A DNA stretch of 55,700 bases from Patescibacteria group bacterium (GCA_038064915.1 JBBTSB010000002.1:1-55700), one strand, 5' to 3'. Positions 26,006 to 36,900 are shown, counted from the first letter of the stretch. Numbers and translations are program-made. The notes: generated by a model not told the origin, from the sequence alone.

Positions 26006-26914
26006 ATGAAAAACATACTTGTCACCGGTGCGTTTGGACAAATCGGATCGGAGTTGGTTCCTGCACTCCAAAAAAAGAAAGGAGTGGAAACGGTCGTTGC
26101 CAGCGATATACGCGATGGCTTACGCGTCGATGTGACTGATGTCAGCTCTCTAGAAAAGGCAATTCGAGATAATAAGATTGATACAATCTTTCATCTTGCG
26201 GGCCTTCTGTCTGCCGCAGGTGAACGCAATCCTGAACTCGCGTGGCAGGTCAATCTCATTGGCCTCAAAAATGTTCTTGATCTTGCACTTCAATACAAAC
26301 TCCGGGTTTTTTGGCCAAGCTCTATCGCAGCATTTGGGCCCACAACCCCTCGCGAAAAAACACCACAACATACTATCCTCGAACCTACGACAATGTACGG
26401 AATGAACAAAGTCGCGGGTGAATTGCTTTGTCAGTATTATTTTTTAAAGTACGGTTTGGATGTGCGCAGCATCCGGTATCCAGGATTGATTACCTACAAA
26501 ACTGAGCCCTCCGATGGAACAACAGAGTATTCTATTGCCATGTTTTTTGAGGCACTGCGGAAAGGAAACTATCAGTGTTTTCTTTCCAAGGATACAATAT
26601 TGCCCATGATGTACATAGACGATGCGATCCGTGGCACCATTGACCTTATGGAAGCTCCCGCAAAAAAGATCAGTATTCGCACGAGTTACAATTTCAGTGC
26701 CATGAGTTTTTCACCCGAAGAATTGGCACAAGAAATCAACAAGCACATTCCGCTCAAGATAACCTACAAGCCCGACTTTCACCAAGCCATCGCCGACTCC
26801 TGGCCCCAATCAATCGACGATTCGCAAGCGCGCAACGACTGGGGATGGAAGCATGAATTTGATCTTGTAAAAATGACAAAAGAAATGATCAAGAACCTCA
26901 AACATGTTCACTAA
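26006..26914 (+). CDS. tdh: SDR-type L-threonine 3-dehydrogenase (NAD-dependent epimerase family)
   Basis: LVTGAFGQIGSEL, HLAGLLSAAGE, PSSIAAFG, YGMNK, RYPGLI, PMMYIDDA, ADSWPQSIDDS; overlaps kbl. Confidence 0.85.
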   Translation: MKNILVTGAFGQIGSELVPALQKKKGVETVVASDIRDGLRVDVTDVSSLEKAIRDNKIDTIFHLAGLLSAAGERNPELAWQVNLIGLKNVLDLALQYKLRVFWPSSIAAFGPTTPREKTPQHTILEPTTMYGMNKVAGELLCQYYFLKYGLDVRSIRYPGLITYKTEPSDGTTEYSIAMFFEALRKGNYQCFLSKDTILPMMYIDDAIRGTIDLMEAPAKKISIRTSYNFSAMSFSPEELAQEINKHIPLKITYKPDFHQAIADSWPQSIDDSQARNDWGWKHEFDLVKMTKEMIKNLKHVH

Positions 26915-28091
26915 CATCAAGGAGCAATTTAAAAAGGATCTTGCGGAGATGCGCGAGAATGGCACCTACAAAGAAGAGGGTGTAATTATCGGCAAGCAGG
27001 GAACAGAAATACAAGTCGGCGACAAGAAACTTTTAAATTTTTGTGCAAACAACTATCTCGGCTTGGCTTCCAGCAAAGAGCTCGAAGAAGCTGCTATAGA
27101 GGGTGTAAAAAAATACGGCTACGGCATGGCCAGTGTGCGATTTATCTGTGGAACTTCTACGATTCACAAAGACCTCGAAAAAGAAATATCGAAGTTTTTT
27201 GGCACCGAAGATGCGATTCTCTACACATCATGTTTTGATGCAAATACGGGTTTATTTGAAACTATATTGCAGGAAGGTGATGCACTGTTTAGCGATGAGC
27301 TAAATCACGCCTCAATTATAGACGGTGTGCGTCTCTGCAAAGCAGAGCGATTTCGGTACAAGCATTCGGATATGTCTGATCTAGAACGACAACTTGTCGA
27401 GGCCGGGCCTCGGCGAAGAATGCTAATCTGCACCGACGGCGTATTTTCCATGGACGGCGACACAGCAAAGATTTCAGAAATTTGCGACTTGGCGGAAAAA
27501 TATGGCGCACTGGTTATGATAGATGACTCTCACGGAAGTGGCGTGTTGGGTAAAAACGGCAGGGGAAGCATCGAGGGTCTCATGGATAGAGTAGACATCC
27601 TCACTTCTACGTTTGGCAAAGCCCTGGGCGGCGCAGGCGGAGGATTTACCACTGGACGCAAAGAAATCATCGAGTACCTGCACCAGCGCAGCCGCACGAC
27701 GCTTTTTTCAAACAGCCTGCCACCCATGATTGCTGCGGCAGCTTTGTATGTATTACAAAACTTTGATAGCACACTTGCGAAACGTCGGAAACAACTTTCC
27801 GAAAACACGGCATATTTCCGCACCGAAATCTCGAAGCTGGGCTTTACGCTGGGCGGTGATGGTAAACATCCCATCAATCCGGTCATGCTCTTTGAGGAAA
27901 AACTCGCCTCTGATATGGCACGTAAGCTTTTTACCGAAGGCATCTACGTGCGCGGGTTTACCTATCCCGTGGTCCCCAAAGGCAAAGCCCGCATCCGTGT
28001 GCAAATTTCCGCCGCCCACACCAAATCCCAAATCGACCGCACCGTAGCCGCGTTTGCAAAGATCGGTGAGGAAATGGGAATAATCAAATGA
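26904..28091 (+). CDS. kbl: Glycine C-acetyltransferase (2-amino-3-ketobutyrate CoA ligase)
   Basis: NFCANNYLGLA, ASVRFICGT, LNHASIIDGVRLCKA, TFGKALGGAGGG, YPVVPKGKARIRVQ. Confidence 0.94.
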   Translation: MFTNIKEQFKKDLAEMRENGTYKEEGVIIGKQGTEIQVGDKKLLNFCANNYLGLASSKELEEAAIEGVKKYGYGMASVRFICGTSTIHKDLEKEISKFFGTEDAILYTSCFDANTGLFETILQEGDALFSDELNHASIIDGVRLCKAERFRYKHSDMSDLERQLVEAGPRRRMLICTDGVFSMDGDTAKISEICDLAEKYGALVMIDDSHGSGVLGKNGRGSIEGLMDRVDILTSTFGKALGGAGGGFTTGRKEIIEYLHQRSRTTLFSNSLPPMIAAAALYVLQNFDSTLAKRRKQLSENTAYFRTEISKLGFTLGGDGKHPINPVMLFEEKLASDMARKLFTEGIYVRGFTYPVVPKGKARIRVQISAAHTKSQIDRTVAAFAKIGEEMGIIK

Positions 28092-28396
28092 GTATTCCAC
28101 CAGACGACGCGGTTACCATCGCTCCTGATATTCACAAACTCGTTTATGATGACGAAGAGCTTCGCATACTTGATGTGCACGTAAAGCCAGGCGAAAAAGC
28201 CGGCATGCACCGCCACCCGAGAAATATCACATACATTCTCAAGGGTGGGATGCTACGCTTTACCGACGAAACGTGGAAAACAAAAGACGTCACTTTTGCT
28301 GACGGCCACACCGCCCACATGCCTGAAACGCTCCATGCCGTCGAAAACACCGGCCAATCCGAAATCCACGCAATACAGATTGAATTTAAGAAATGA
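28088..28396 (+). CDS. Cupin domain protein
   Basis: PGEKAGMHRHP, HAVENTG.SEIHAIQIEFK. Confidence 0.8.
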   Translation: MSIPPDDAVTIAPDIHKLVYDDEELRILDVHVKPGEKAGMHRHPRNITYILKGGMLRFTDETWKTKDVTFADGHTAHMPETLHAVENTGQSEIHAIQIEFKK

Positions 28397-29190
28397 AACT
28401 CATTTCTTGGAACATCAACGGCATTCGGGCGGTGCATAAGAAGGGGCTTTTTGTGCCGTTCGTAGAGAAGTACCATCCCGATATTTTGTGTTTGCAAGAA
28501 ACCAAAGCCCATCAGCATCAAAGTGAAGTGGATCTGCCCGACTATGAGGAATACTGGAATTCGGCCGAGCGGCCGGGATATTCGGGTACAGCGATCTTTT
28601 CTAACACGAAGCCTTTGTCAGTCACGCTTGGACTCCCTGATTTGATCAAGAAGCAATTTGATATGTCTGGCGATGGCTACGGCGACCCCAATAGTGAAGG
28701 CCGCGTGACGGCGTTGGAGTTTGATGACTACTATGTGGTGACGGTCTATACGCCAAATGCCAAAGATGATCTCTCGCGCATTCCGCTCCGCCATAAGCAC
28801 TGGGATCCGGCGTTTCTCGCGTACATGAAAGAATTAGAGAAAACCAAACCGGTAATTTTTTGCGGAGATCTGAACGTCGCGCATACGCCTGATGATCTTG
28901 CGCGACCCAAAGAAAATGAAGGCAAAAAAGGATACACCGTGGAAGAACGGGAAGGGATCGATAAGATAGTCAACGCCGGCTTTGTGGACACCTTTCGCAT
29001 CCTTACCAAAGGCAAGGGACACTACACCTGGTGGTCTCATTTTGCAAACGCCCGCGAGCGCAACATCGGCTGGAGAATTGACTATGTTTTTGTAAGTGAG
29101 AAATTGAAATCAAAAGTTAAAACAGCCTCCATCCACGCATCAGTCCTCGGCTCCGATCATTGCCCGGTGGAGATTGAGATTGCGTTATAA
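28393..29190 (+). CDS. xth: Exodeoxyribonuclease III
   Basis: SWNINGIRA, LCLQETK, VYTPN, CGDLNVAH, YTWWS, GWRIDY, SDHCPV. Confidence 0.95.
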   Translation: MKLISWNINGIRAVHKKGLFVPFVEKYHPDILCLQETKAHQHQSEVDLPDYEEYWNSAERPGYSGTAIFSNTKPLSVTLGLPDLIKKQFDMSGDGYGDPNSEGRVTALEFDDYYVVTVYTPNAKDDLSRIPLRHKHWDPAFLAYMKELEKTKPVIFCGDLNVAHTPDDLARPKENEGKKGYTVEEREGIDKIVNAGFVDTFRILTKGKGHYTWWSHFANARERNIGWRIDYVFVSEKLKSKVKTASIHASVLGSDHCPVEIEIAL

Positions 29191-29957
29191 TGCCAACTGA
29201 TCCAAAAACAATCAAAGCATACGATGACTACGCGGCCCGATGGGCGAATCGGCTCGACGAAAAAGAAAACCTCGCGCACGAGTACCTCGAAAAACCCGCC
29301 ATGTATGCAAAGCTTCCGGATTTGAAAGGCAAGGACGTCTTGTGTTTAGGGTGCGGGGCAGGACAGGAGTGCCTCCAACTTGCCGGGCGGGGCGCGCGGG
29401 TGATCGGCACCGACATCTCATCGGGCCTCATCGATCTTGCCAAGCAAAAATATCCGCACTTGGATTTTCGTGTCATGGATATGGAAAAGCTGGACTTTCC
29501 GGATGATGCATTTGACTATGTTTACTCAAGTCTCGTGATGCACTACGTAAAAAATTGGGGTAAAACTCTGCATGAAGTCTACAGGGTTTTAAAAAACAAC
29601 GGCACATTTCTCTTTTCCACGCATCATCCTGTCAGGTGGGGAATGGAATCGATCAAAGATGAAGACAAACACGTTAATCAACTTTCATATATCAAGCATA
29701 AAAGCGGCAAAGCCGAAATCCACGGTGATTATTTGAATACACGGAAAGTGAATGATTTGTGGTTTGGAGATTTTCAGGTAACGTATTACCATAAGCCGTT
29801 GTCGGAAATCATGAAAGAAATTCGTGAAGCCGGTTTTGAAATAGTGGATTTTCTGGAACCCAAAGCCACCGAAGGCGCCAAGAAACTCAAGCCGTCCTTC
29901 TACGAAATCCACCAAAAAATCCCGATGTTTATGATTTTTGAATTGAAAAAATCATGA
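29190..29957 (+). CDS. Class I SAM-dependent methyltransferase
   Basis: VLCLGCGAG, GTDISSGLI, FDYVYSSLVMHY, LFSTHHP. Confidence 0.88.
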   Translation: MPTDPKTIKAYDDYAARWANRLDEKENLAHEYLEKPAMYAKLPDLKGKDVLCLGCGAGQECLQLAGRGARVIGTDISSGLIDLAKQKYPHLDFRVMDMEKLDFPDDAFDYVYSSLVMHYVKNWGKTLHEVYRVLKNNGTFLFSTHHPVRWGMESIKDEDKHVNQLSYIKHKSGKAEIHGDYLNTRKVNDLWFGDFQVTYYHKPLSEIMKEIREAGFEIVDFLEPKATEGAKKLKPSFYEIHQKIPMFMIFELKKS

Positions 29958-30466
29958 CACTCGTACCGATCGTAGACGAACACGACAACATCATCGATCA
30001 CATGGAGCGTGAGGACGTTGATGGCTCGGGGCAGCTACGTCGTATCGCATCGCTGTGGCTAACGAATTCTCATGGTGAGATTTTGCTAGCCAAACGCTCT
30101 TCTCACAAAAAACATCATCCCAATAAATGGGGCTTTGCCGTCGCAGGGGCAGTCGAGAAAGAAGAGTCGTACGAAGAAACTATTCGGCGTGAATTAGGAG
30201 AGGAATTAGGGATATATGATCTTGCGATGACCTTGGGACCAAAATTTATTACCAGAGAATCGGATCGTGAGCGATTCTATTGTCAGTACTTTTTTGCAAC
30301 TAAAGATATTCCGCGACAAGAATTCCATCTCGATCCACTCGAAGTTGCCGAAGTTCGATGGTTTACAGTGTCTGGTCTTCTGACGGAGCTCGAAAAAGTT
30401 CCAGATGGTTTTCTCAACAATAGCGCCGGCTGGAAAGAGTGGATCACCAATAATCATCCGTTTTAA
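29954..30466 (+). CDS. Nudix hydrolase (IDI-like)
   Basis: GAVEKEESYEETIRRELGEELGI Nudix box. Confidence 0.85.
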   Translation: MTLVPIVDEHDNIIDHMEREDVDGSGQLRRIASLWLTNSHGEILLAKRSSHKKHHPNKWGFAVAGAVEKEESYEETIRRELGEELGIYDLAMTLGPKFITRESDRERFYCQYFFATKDIPRQEFHLDPLEVAEVRWFTVSGLLTELEKVPDGFLNNSAGWKEWITNNHPF

Positions 30467-30510
30467 GGCCTGTTCAAAGTTTTGGATTCACGCTAGGATC
30501 TGACTAGACT

Positions 30511-30888
30511 ATGGGTACGCAATTTACTCACAACGATTCACTCCAAATCACGCGCGAGCAGGGGTTTCCGGCAGAGCTCGTATATGAGGAGCATCTGAAA
30601 AAGAATCTCAAGGCCGAAGACTTTGCTGATCGAGTGTTTGAATTTCACGACAAGAAGGGCCTGCGTTTTTATCACGCGCCGCCCACACGGAATTTTTTGA
30701 TCGAAAATCGCGACGGCAAGTTGCTCTACTGGGGCCTGGTACATATCCTTGAATTGCATCTCGACTATGTAAATCAAATCGCCTCCGGTAAATTTAAAAT
30801 CATCTACATCAACACGCCGGAGGAAATGAAACAGGCGTATCAGCTTATGGATCAGCGCGAGGGAATGAATTTTTTTGAAGAACAATGA
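30511..30888 (+). CDS. Conserved-looking hypothetical protein
   Basis: 125 aa; overlaps the next start (ATGA). Confidence 0.72.
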   Translation: MGTQFTHNDSLQITREQGFPAELVYEEHLKKNLKAEDFADRVFEFHDKKGLRFYHAPPTRNFLIENRDGKLLYWGLVHILELHLDYVNQIASGKFKIIYINTPEEMKQAYQLMDQREGMNFFEEQ

Positions 30889-31793
30889 AAAATGCGCTTT
30901 TAGTCGATATCATCATAGAAATTCCTAAGCCCTATCTTGATCGAATCACGCGTAGATTTAGTATTCAACGCGTGAAATCCGACAGTCCTGATTTTAACAA
31001 AGCCCTCGCGGGTGCTGATGCAATTTTCTGCAATATATCTACAAAAGTTTCCAAAAAAGTTATAGATGCGGCACCGAAACTCAAATACATCGGTACGCTC
31101 TCAACGGCCTATGATGGTGTCGACGCAGCATATGCTCACAAGAAAGGTATCGTAGTTTGCAATCTGGGCGGGTACAGTACCGAAGCTGTGGCCGAGTGGA
31201 CGATCGCGGTTTTGTTTGAGCATATGCGAGAACTGGAGCGTGCAAAAGTCCAAGCACGGACAGGAGACTATTCCTTTGCTTCTTTCGTAGGTACCGAATT
31301 GGCAGGCAAAACACTCGGAGTAGTCGGTACAGGAAAGATCGGAAGCCGCGTGGCGGAAATCGGCCACGGCATCGGCATGAAGGTGCTATACTTTTCCCGC
31401 CACCGAAAGAATGCTTCGTTGGAAAAACTCCTTAAGGCAAGCGACGTGATCTCTCTCAACGTAATCCAGAATGAGAGTACCGATGGTATGATAGGAAAAA
31501 AACAGATCGGACTCATGAAGCAAGGGGTAATTTTTATAAATACAGCAGGATCGCGTCCGATTGATTGGAATGCCATGCGATCAGTGGTGAAAAGCGGAAA
31601 AGTACATTTGCTTTTCCACAATGCGCACGGTCTCGATCCAGCTATCATCAAAGAATTGTCTCCGCTCAAGAACGTGGAATTTTATCCAGGCATTGCCTTC
31701 CGTACCAAAGAATCGATGCAAAATATGTTTGAAACTTTTACTTCCAACATCGAACAGTTTTTGAAAGGTAAACCACAAAACGTGGTGAATTAA
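30885..31793 (+). CDS. D-2-hydroxyacid dehydrogenase-fold protein with degenerate catalytic triad
   Basis: STAYDGVD, STEAVAE, GKTLGVVGTGKIG; NTAGS and YPGIA replace NTARG and TPHIA. Confidence 0.82.
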   Translation: MKNALLVDIIIEIPKPYLDRITRRFSIQRVKSDSPDFNKALAGADAIFCNISTKVSKKVIDAAPKLKYIGTLSTAYDGVDAAYAHKKGIVVCNLGGYSTEAVAEWTIAVLFEHMRELERAKVQARTGDYSFASFVGTELAGKTLGVVGTGKIGSRVAEIGHGIGMKVLYFSRHRKNASLEKLLKASDVISLNVIQNESTDGMIGKKQIGLMKQGVIFINTAGSRPIDWNAMRSVVKSGKVHLLFHNAHGLDPAIIKELSPLKNVEFYPGIAFRTKESMQNMFETFTSNIEQFLKGKPQNVVN

Positions 31794-31794
31794 T

Positions 31795-32244
31795 ATGCCT
31801 GACCCTAAAGACCTATACTACATAGCAGTAAAACTATTTCTGGTTGACGGCCCGCCTGGCGGCGAGGCAAGTAAGCTTTTTATTTTTAAAGACAAATTCG
31901 GCGATTGGGATTTGCCCGGCGGGAGGATTCGCAAGGATGAATTCGATACGCCGCTGGAGGAGGTGATCAAACGCAAAATATTGGAGGAGTTGGGAGATGA
32001 CGTGCGGTACGAGATTGGCAAACCCGTAGTGTTTTTCAGACATGAGCGAATCGAAAACTCATCGGGCCAATCTGTGCGGATTTTTGCCGTAGGCTACGAA
32101 GCAAAGTTTTTGGGAGGGAAAATCAAGCTTTCAGAACTGCATACACAAAGCGAATGGGTAGACATCGCCACGTTCAAACCCGAAGACTACTTCACCGGTG
32201 GTTGGCTCAAAGGGGTCAAGGAATATCTAGACAGGCACTCCTGA
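31795..32244 (+). CDS. Nudix hydrolase
   Basis: WDLPGGRIRKDE..LEEVIKRKILEELG (variant box), LSELHTQSEWV. Confidence 0.82.
   Translation: MPDPKDLYYIAVKLFLVDGPPGGEASKLFIFKDKFGDWDLPGGRIRKDEFDTPLEEVIKRKILEELGDDVRYEIGKPVVFFRHERIENSSGQSVRIFAVGYEAKFLGGKIKLSELHTQSEWVDIATFKPEDYFTGGWLKGVKEYLDRHS
31849..31872 (+). repeat. GC-rich imperfect palindrome in frame in the Nudix gene (GPPGGEAS)
   Basis: GGCCCGCCTGGCGGCGAGGCAAGT sits in a predicted turn between two beta-strands. Confidence 0.5.
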
Positions 32245-32263
32245 CCATCATATAATACGTTAC

Positions 32264-33964
32264 ATGCATCCGCACAAACGAATTTCACTCTTACTTTGCA
32301 TTCTGTTTTCTTTTCTTGCAATCAGCGCAGTCATCACCTGGTGGGCGCGGACACACGAGGTGGCGCTCGAATTTTCCGAAAGTGAAGCCTCAACGGCATC
32401 GTTGACGCCGACATTCACCTGGACTACCATCCAGGGCGCTGCAAAGTACGATTTTTGGATCAGCAAAAAAGAGACCCCCAACAATCCATACTACCGCAAC
32501 CAAGAAATAACCACCACGTCATTTACGATTCCATCAGACTTTTTGGAACCAAACACCACCTACACCTGGTGGGTGAGAAACGCCGCCGGAGGCGCATGGT
32601 CAAAGGGCATCGATTTCACAACTGCATCTGTTGTCCGACCCGATCACTACACCATTGTTGTTCTGCCAGACACTCAGCACTACGTAGATGACGCGGGTCG
32701 TGCGGGAATTTTTACCAAACAGACACAATGGATACGGGATACTAAAGCAAAAGAGAATATTGCCTTTGTTTTCCATGTGGGAGACATCGTAGAAAACGGA
32801 ACAAATACTATCGAGTGGTCTCGCGCAAAAAAAAGCATGGGGCTTCTCGACGGCATAGTTCCCTACGCTTTTTCCTTGGCCGCACATGATTGGGGAATTA
32901 GTCCCGTCAACGACAGCCTCTACAATAAGAACTTCCCAGCCAGTGTTTTCCCCAATTTGAGCGGCGTATACGACAAAGAACCAACGAAAACAAACAATAC
33001 CTACCACACGTTTCAGGTCGGAGGTACTCAATGGCTGGTTCTTGCTCTCCAGGAACATCCTACCGACGATATGCTCCGCTGGGGAAACGAGGTGATCACA
33101 AGCCATCCCAATCATAAAACCATCGTTCTCAACCATAGCTATCTTTTAGCAAGCGGGAAGCGATCTCTGGAAGGAGAAAATATTTGGAATAAGCTGGTAC
33201 GCAAGCATAAAAATATCGCATTCACCATTCATGGCCATGAGTGGGATTGGAGTTATCTCGCAAGCACGGGCGATAATGGCAATCGCATTCATCAAATCAT
33301 GGCAAATTTTCAGGGTTTGTATCAATGCGGATATTCGACAAACTACGTCGGCGGCACATCATGTCCCTTCAACGGAGCATCAGTAGATGGAGATAAAGGT
33401 GGAGGGTACGTTCCGCCATCCGAGTACCCACATTCTTTCGAAGGCGGCAGTGGATATCTGCGCATTATGAGGTTTTATCCAGCGACGGGTACGGCAACGG
33501 TTCGCACCTTTTCTCCGCATCTGGACGCATACGTAGCTGATTCGGGCAATGTGAAAAATGCTTTACGAAATCATTTCGATATTTCGGGTCTCTCCCTATC
33601 GACTTCGCAGCCTTCGCCAACGCCTACAAACGGCAACCAAGCACCTATCGGGTGGCTTGATTCTGTTGATAACGGAGAAGCCCGGGGATGGGCATTGGAT
33701 CCCAATGATACCTCCTCGCCCATCAATGTTCATTTTTATATAGACGGCCCCGCCGGAACAGGAACACTGGCAGCAGGAGTAACCGCCAACCAATTCCGTT
33801 CCGACGTAGGTAATCATGGTTTTATGTGGAAGATTCCAACAATATATCGAGACGGTAAATCTCATACACTCTATGTGTACGGTATTGACGCGCAAGGAGG
33901 CACAAATCCTTCTCTTTCCGGCGTTCCGAAAACATTTCTCATCCAAAAGGGAAATAGGAAATAG
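32264..33964 (+). CDS. Membrane-anchored/secreted protein: FN3-like + calcineurin-like metallophosphoesterase + Ig-like domain
   Basis: N-terminal TM; LPDTQHY, HVGDIV, AAHDW, NHSY, HGH; C-terminal APIGWLD...GWALDP...HGF domain. Confidence 0.82.
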   Translation: MHPHKRISLLLCILFSFLAISAVITWWARTHEVALEFSESEASTASLTPTFTWTTIQGAAKYDFWISKKETPNNPYYRNQEITTTSFTIPSDFLEPNTTYTWWVRNAAGGAWSKGIDFTTASVVRPDHYTIVVLPDTQHYVDDAGRAGIFTKQTQWIRDTKAKENIAFVFHVGDIVENGTNTIEWSRAKKSMGLLDGIVPYAFSLAAHDWGISPVNDSLYNKNFPASVFPNLSGVYDKEPTKTNNTYHTFQVGGTQWLVLALQEHPTDDMLRWGNEVITSHPNHKTIVLNHSYLLASGKRSLEGENIWNKLVRKHKNIAFTIHGHEWDWSYLASTGDNGNRIHQIMANFQGLYQCGYSTNYVGGTSCPFNGASVDGDKGGGYVPPSEYPHSFEGGSGYLRIMRFYPATGTATVRTFSPHLDAYVADSGNVKNALRNHFDISGLSLSTSQPSPTPTNGNQAPIGWLDSVDNGEARGWALDPNDTSSPINVHFYIDGPAGTGTLAAGVTANQFRSDVGNHGFMWKIPTIYRDGKSHTLYVYGIDAQGGTNPSLSGVPKTFLIQKGNRK

Positions 33965-33965
33965 G

Positions 33966-36900
33966 TCAACCAATAATTTCTTGCCAACTTCGCGGTTGTA
34001 GTTTTTTCAGGTCCACTTCTGCAAGACAACGCATGAGAAGCGCTCCTATGTTTGCGTTGGTGATGAGCGGAATATGATTGTCGATAGCGAGACGACGAAT
34101 AGTTTTTGCATCACCAATGCCATCGCCCGGGGAAGGGACATTGATCACGAGATCTACGCCACTTTCTCTGATAATCTTCTCAATCGTCGGTTCACGCTCA
34201 CCTAAACGGTTCAGGAGAACAGACGAAATACCATGCTGTTTGAGAAAATCGTGCGTGCCCTTAGTAGTGAATAATGTGTAGTGGTTAGTGGATAGTAATC
34301 TAATACTAGAAAGCATTTTTTGTTTTGCTTCATCGGCGATACTCAAGAGAATCCGCTTGCCATCAACAGACTGATCGGTCGAAAGCCACGAGCGATAAAA
34401 AGCCTCGAGTAAATCTCCGCCCAGGCACGCAACTTCCCCAGTAGAAGCCATCTCCACGCCCGCCACCGGATCAGCACCCTTGAGACGTCCATAGGAAAAC
34501 TGAGGGCTTTTTACGCCGACATAGTCCAAATCCAGCGTACGGAAATGTACGTCGTGTTTAATCCCCAGCATCGCTTCGGTTGCAAGCTCAATAAAATTTC
34601 GATTGATCACCTTGGAAACAAACGGGAAGGAGCGCGAAGCACGGACATTGCACTCGATGACCTTGATTTCGTTATCCTTGGCGATGAATTGAATATTAAA
34701 TGGACCGGTAATCTTGAGAGTGGCGGCGATTTTTTTTGCTACACGCTTAGCTCGACGGACCGTTTCGAGGTAAAGCCGCTGCGGAGGAAGTACTACGGTG
34801 GCGTCGCCCGAATGCACGCCAGCGTTTTCGATATGCTCGGAAATCGCAAATATCACCATCTCTCCTTTGTGTGCGACTGCGTCAATTTCAAACTCTTTTG
34901 CCCCAGTGATAAATTTTGAAATCACCACCGGATGATCAGGGGAAAGCTGGGTTGCGGCAGTGAGATATTCTTTGAGCTGACGCTCATCGGTAACCACATT
35001 CATGGCGCCACCGGAGAGCACATAGGAAGGGCGGATTAGGACGGGATACCCGAAATGTTTAGCAAATGCTTTGGCTTTGGCAAGGGTCGTGACTTGAGTC
35101 CAGGCGGGTTGATCGATACCGAGGTCACCAAGCATCGCAGAAAATTTGTTGCGATCCTCGGCCCGGTCGATGTCTTTGGCGGAAGTACCAAGAAGTGCAT
35201 AGCCACTAGTACTTAATGGCAGAGCAAGATTGTTTGCAATTTGTCCGCCCACCGAGACTACGATAGAGGGATCGTTTTCAAAATCGGCAATATCACGAAC
35301 ACGCTCAAGCGTGAGCTCTTCAAAATACAATCGATCTGATATGTCAAAATCGGTTGAGACAGTTTCGGGATTGGAGTTTACGACGATCGTTTTCTTGCCA
35401 TGCTTGCGAAGCGTTTTGACCGTATTCACTGCTGACCAATCAAATTCCACTGACGAGCCAATACAGTACGACCCGGAACCAAGCACAATCATGGGCTTCT
35501 TGAGGGGTTCTACATCGTGCTCGGTTCCATGATAGGTCGTGTAGAGATAATTTGTCTCCGAATCAAACTCTCCGGCAAGTGTGTCAATTTGTTTCACGAT
35601 CGGCACAATGCCTTGCTTGATTCGCCGCTGGCGAATTTTCTCTTCTGTCGTTCGTAGCTTTTTTGCTATGTCTCTATCAGAAAAGCCAAGTTGTTTTGCT
35701 TCGCGAAGATTATCTTTTTTGATTTTAAACGTTGCAATTGTCTTGATATGCTCCAAAAACCACGGCGTGATTTGGGAAAGTTGATGGGCTTTTTTGACCG
35801 TCATGCCTTGGCGAAATGCTTCTAACAAGGCAAACAATCTTCTATCAGTAGGGTGTTTGATTTCGTCGAGGTAATTCAGTCCGCCGGAGGCGGATCCTCC
35901 TCCGGAGGACATCCGTATGGCTTTCTGCAGAGCTTCTGGGAACGATCTCCCCAGAGCCATGACTTCGCCCACACTTTTCATTTCAGAACCAATATGGTGA
36001 TCACTGGATTTCATCTTCTGCAAATCCCATCGCGGAATCTTTACTGCCAGGTAATCCAGTGCCGGCTCAAAAAAAGCAGATGTGCTTTTGGTCACCGCAT
36101 TCTTGAGTTCGTGAAGGCGATAGCCAAGCGCGAGCTTTGCGGCGACATAGGCAAGAGGATAGCCGGTGGCCTTTGAGGCCAGGGCACTGGAGCGGGAAAG
36201 ACGCGCATTCACCTCGATCACTCTATAATCTCCCGAGGTAGGATGGAGCGCATATTGAATATTGCACTCACCGACAATGCCAAGATGATTGATGGTTTTT
36301 ATCGCGATTTCGCGGAGCATGTGGTACTCGTGATTGTTGAGCGTCTGGCTCGGGGCAACCACTATACTTTCTCCCGTGTGAATGCCCATCGGATCGAGGT
36401 TTTCCATGTTGCATACCGTGATCGTATTTCCATCGCGATCGCGGACAACTTCGTATTCAATTTCCTTCCAGCCCGTAAGGTACTCTTCAATGAGCATTTG
36501 CTTTTCTAACACACGACTCTTAAGCTCCGCTTCGCTATTTATTCGTCCGGATCCAAGGCCTCCCAAAGAGTATCCCGATCGAATCATTACCGGATAGCCA
36601 ATTTCTCTTGCGGCCGCCACAGCTTCTGTCATTGAGTATACGGCAATACTGCGTGGCGTTTTGACAGAGATTTTTCCCAGTTCCTTTTTAAAAAGATCGC
36701 GATCTTCGGTGATTTTTATTGTTTTGACGGGTGTACCAAGGATTCGTACTCCCTCCAGTTGTAGTCCCAAATTCAATGCAGTCTGCCCACCAAAACTCAC
36801 CAGTACTCCATCCGGTTTTTCGCGCTTGATAATCTTCTGTACGATATCCAACTGCAGAGGCTGGAAATACACTTTGTCAGCCATATCTCCATCTGTTTGG

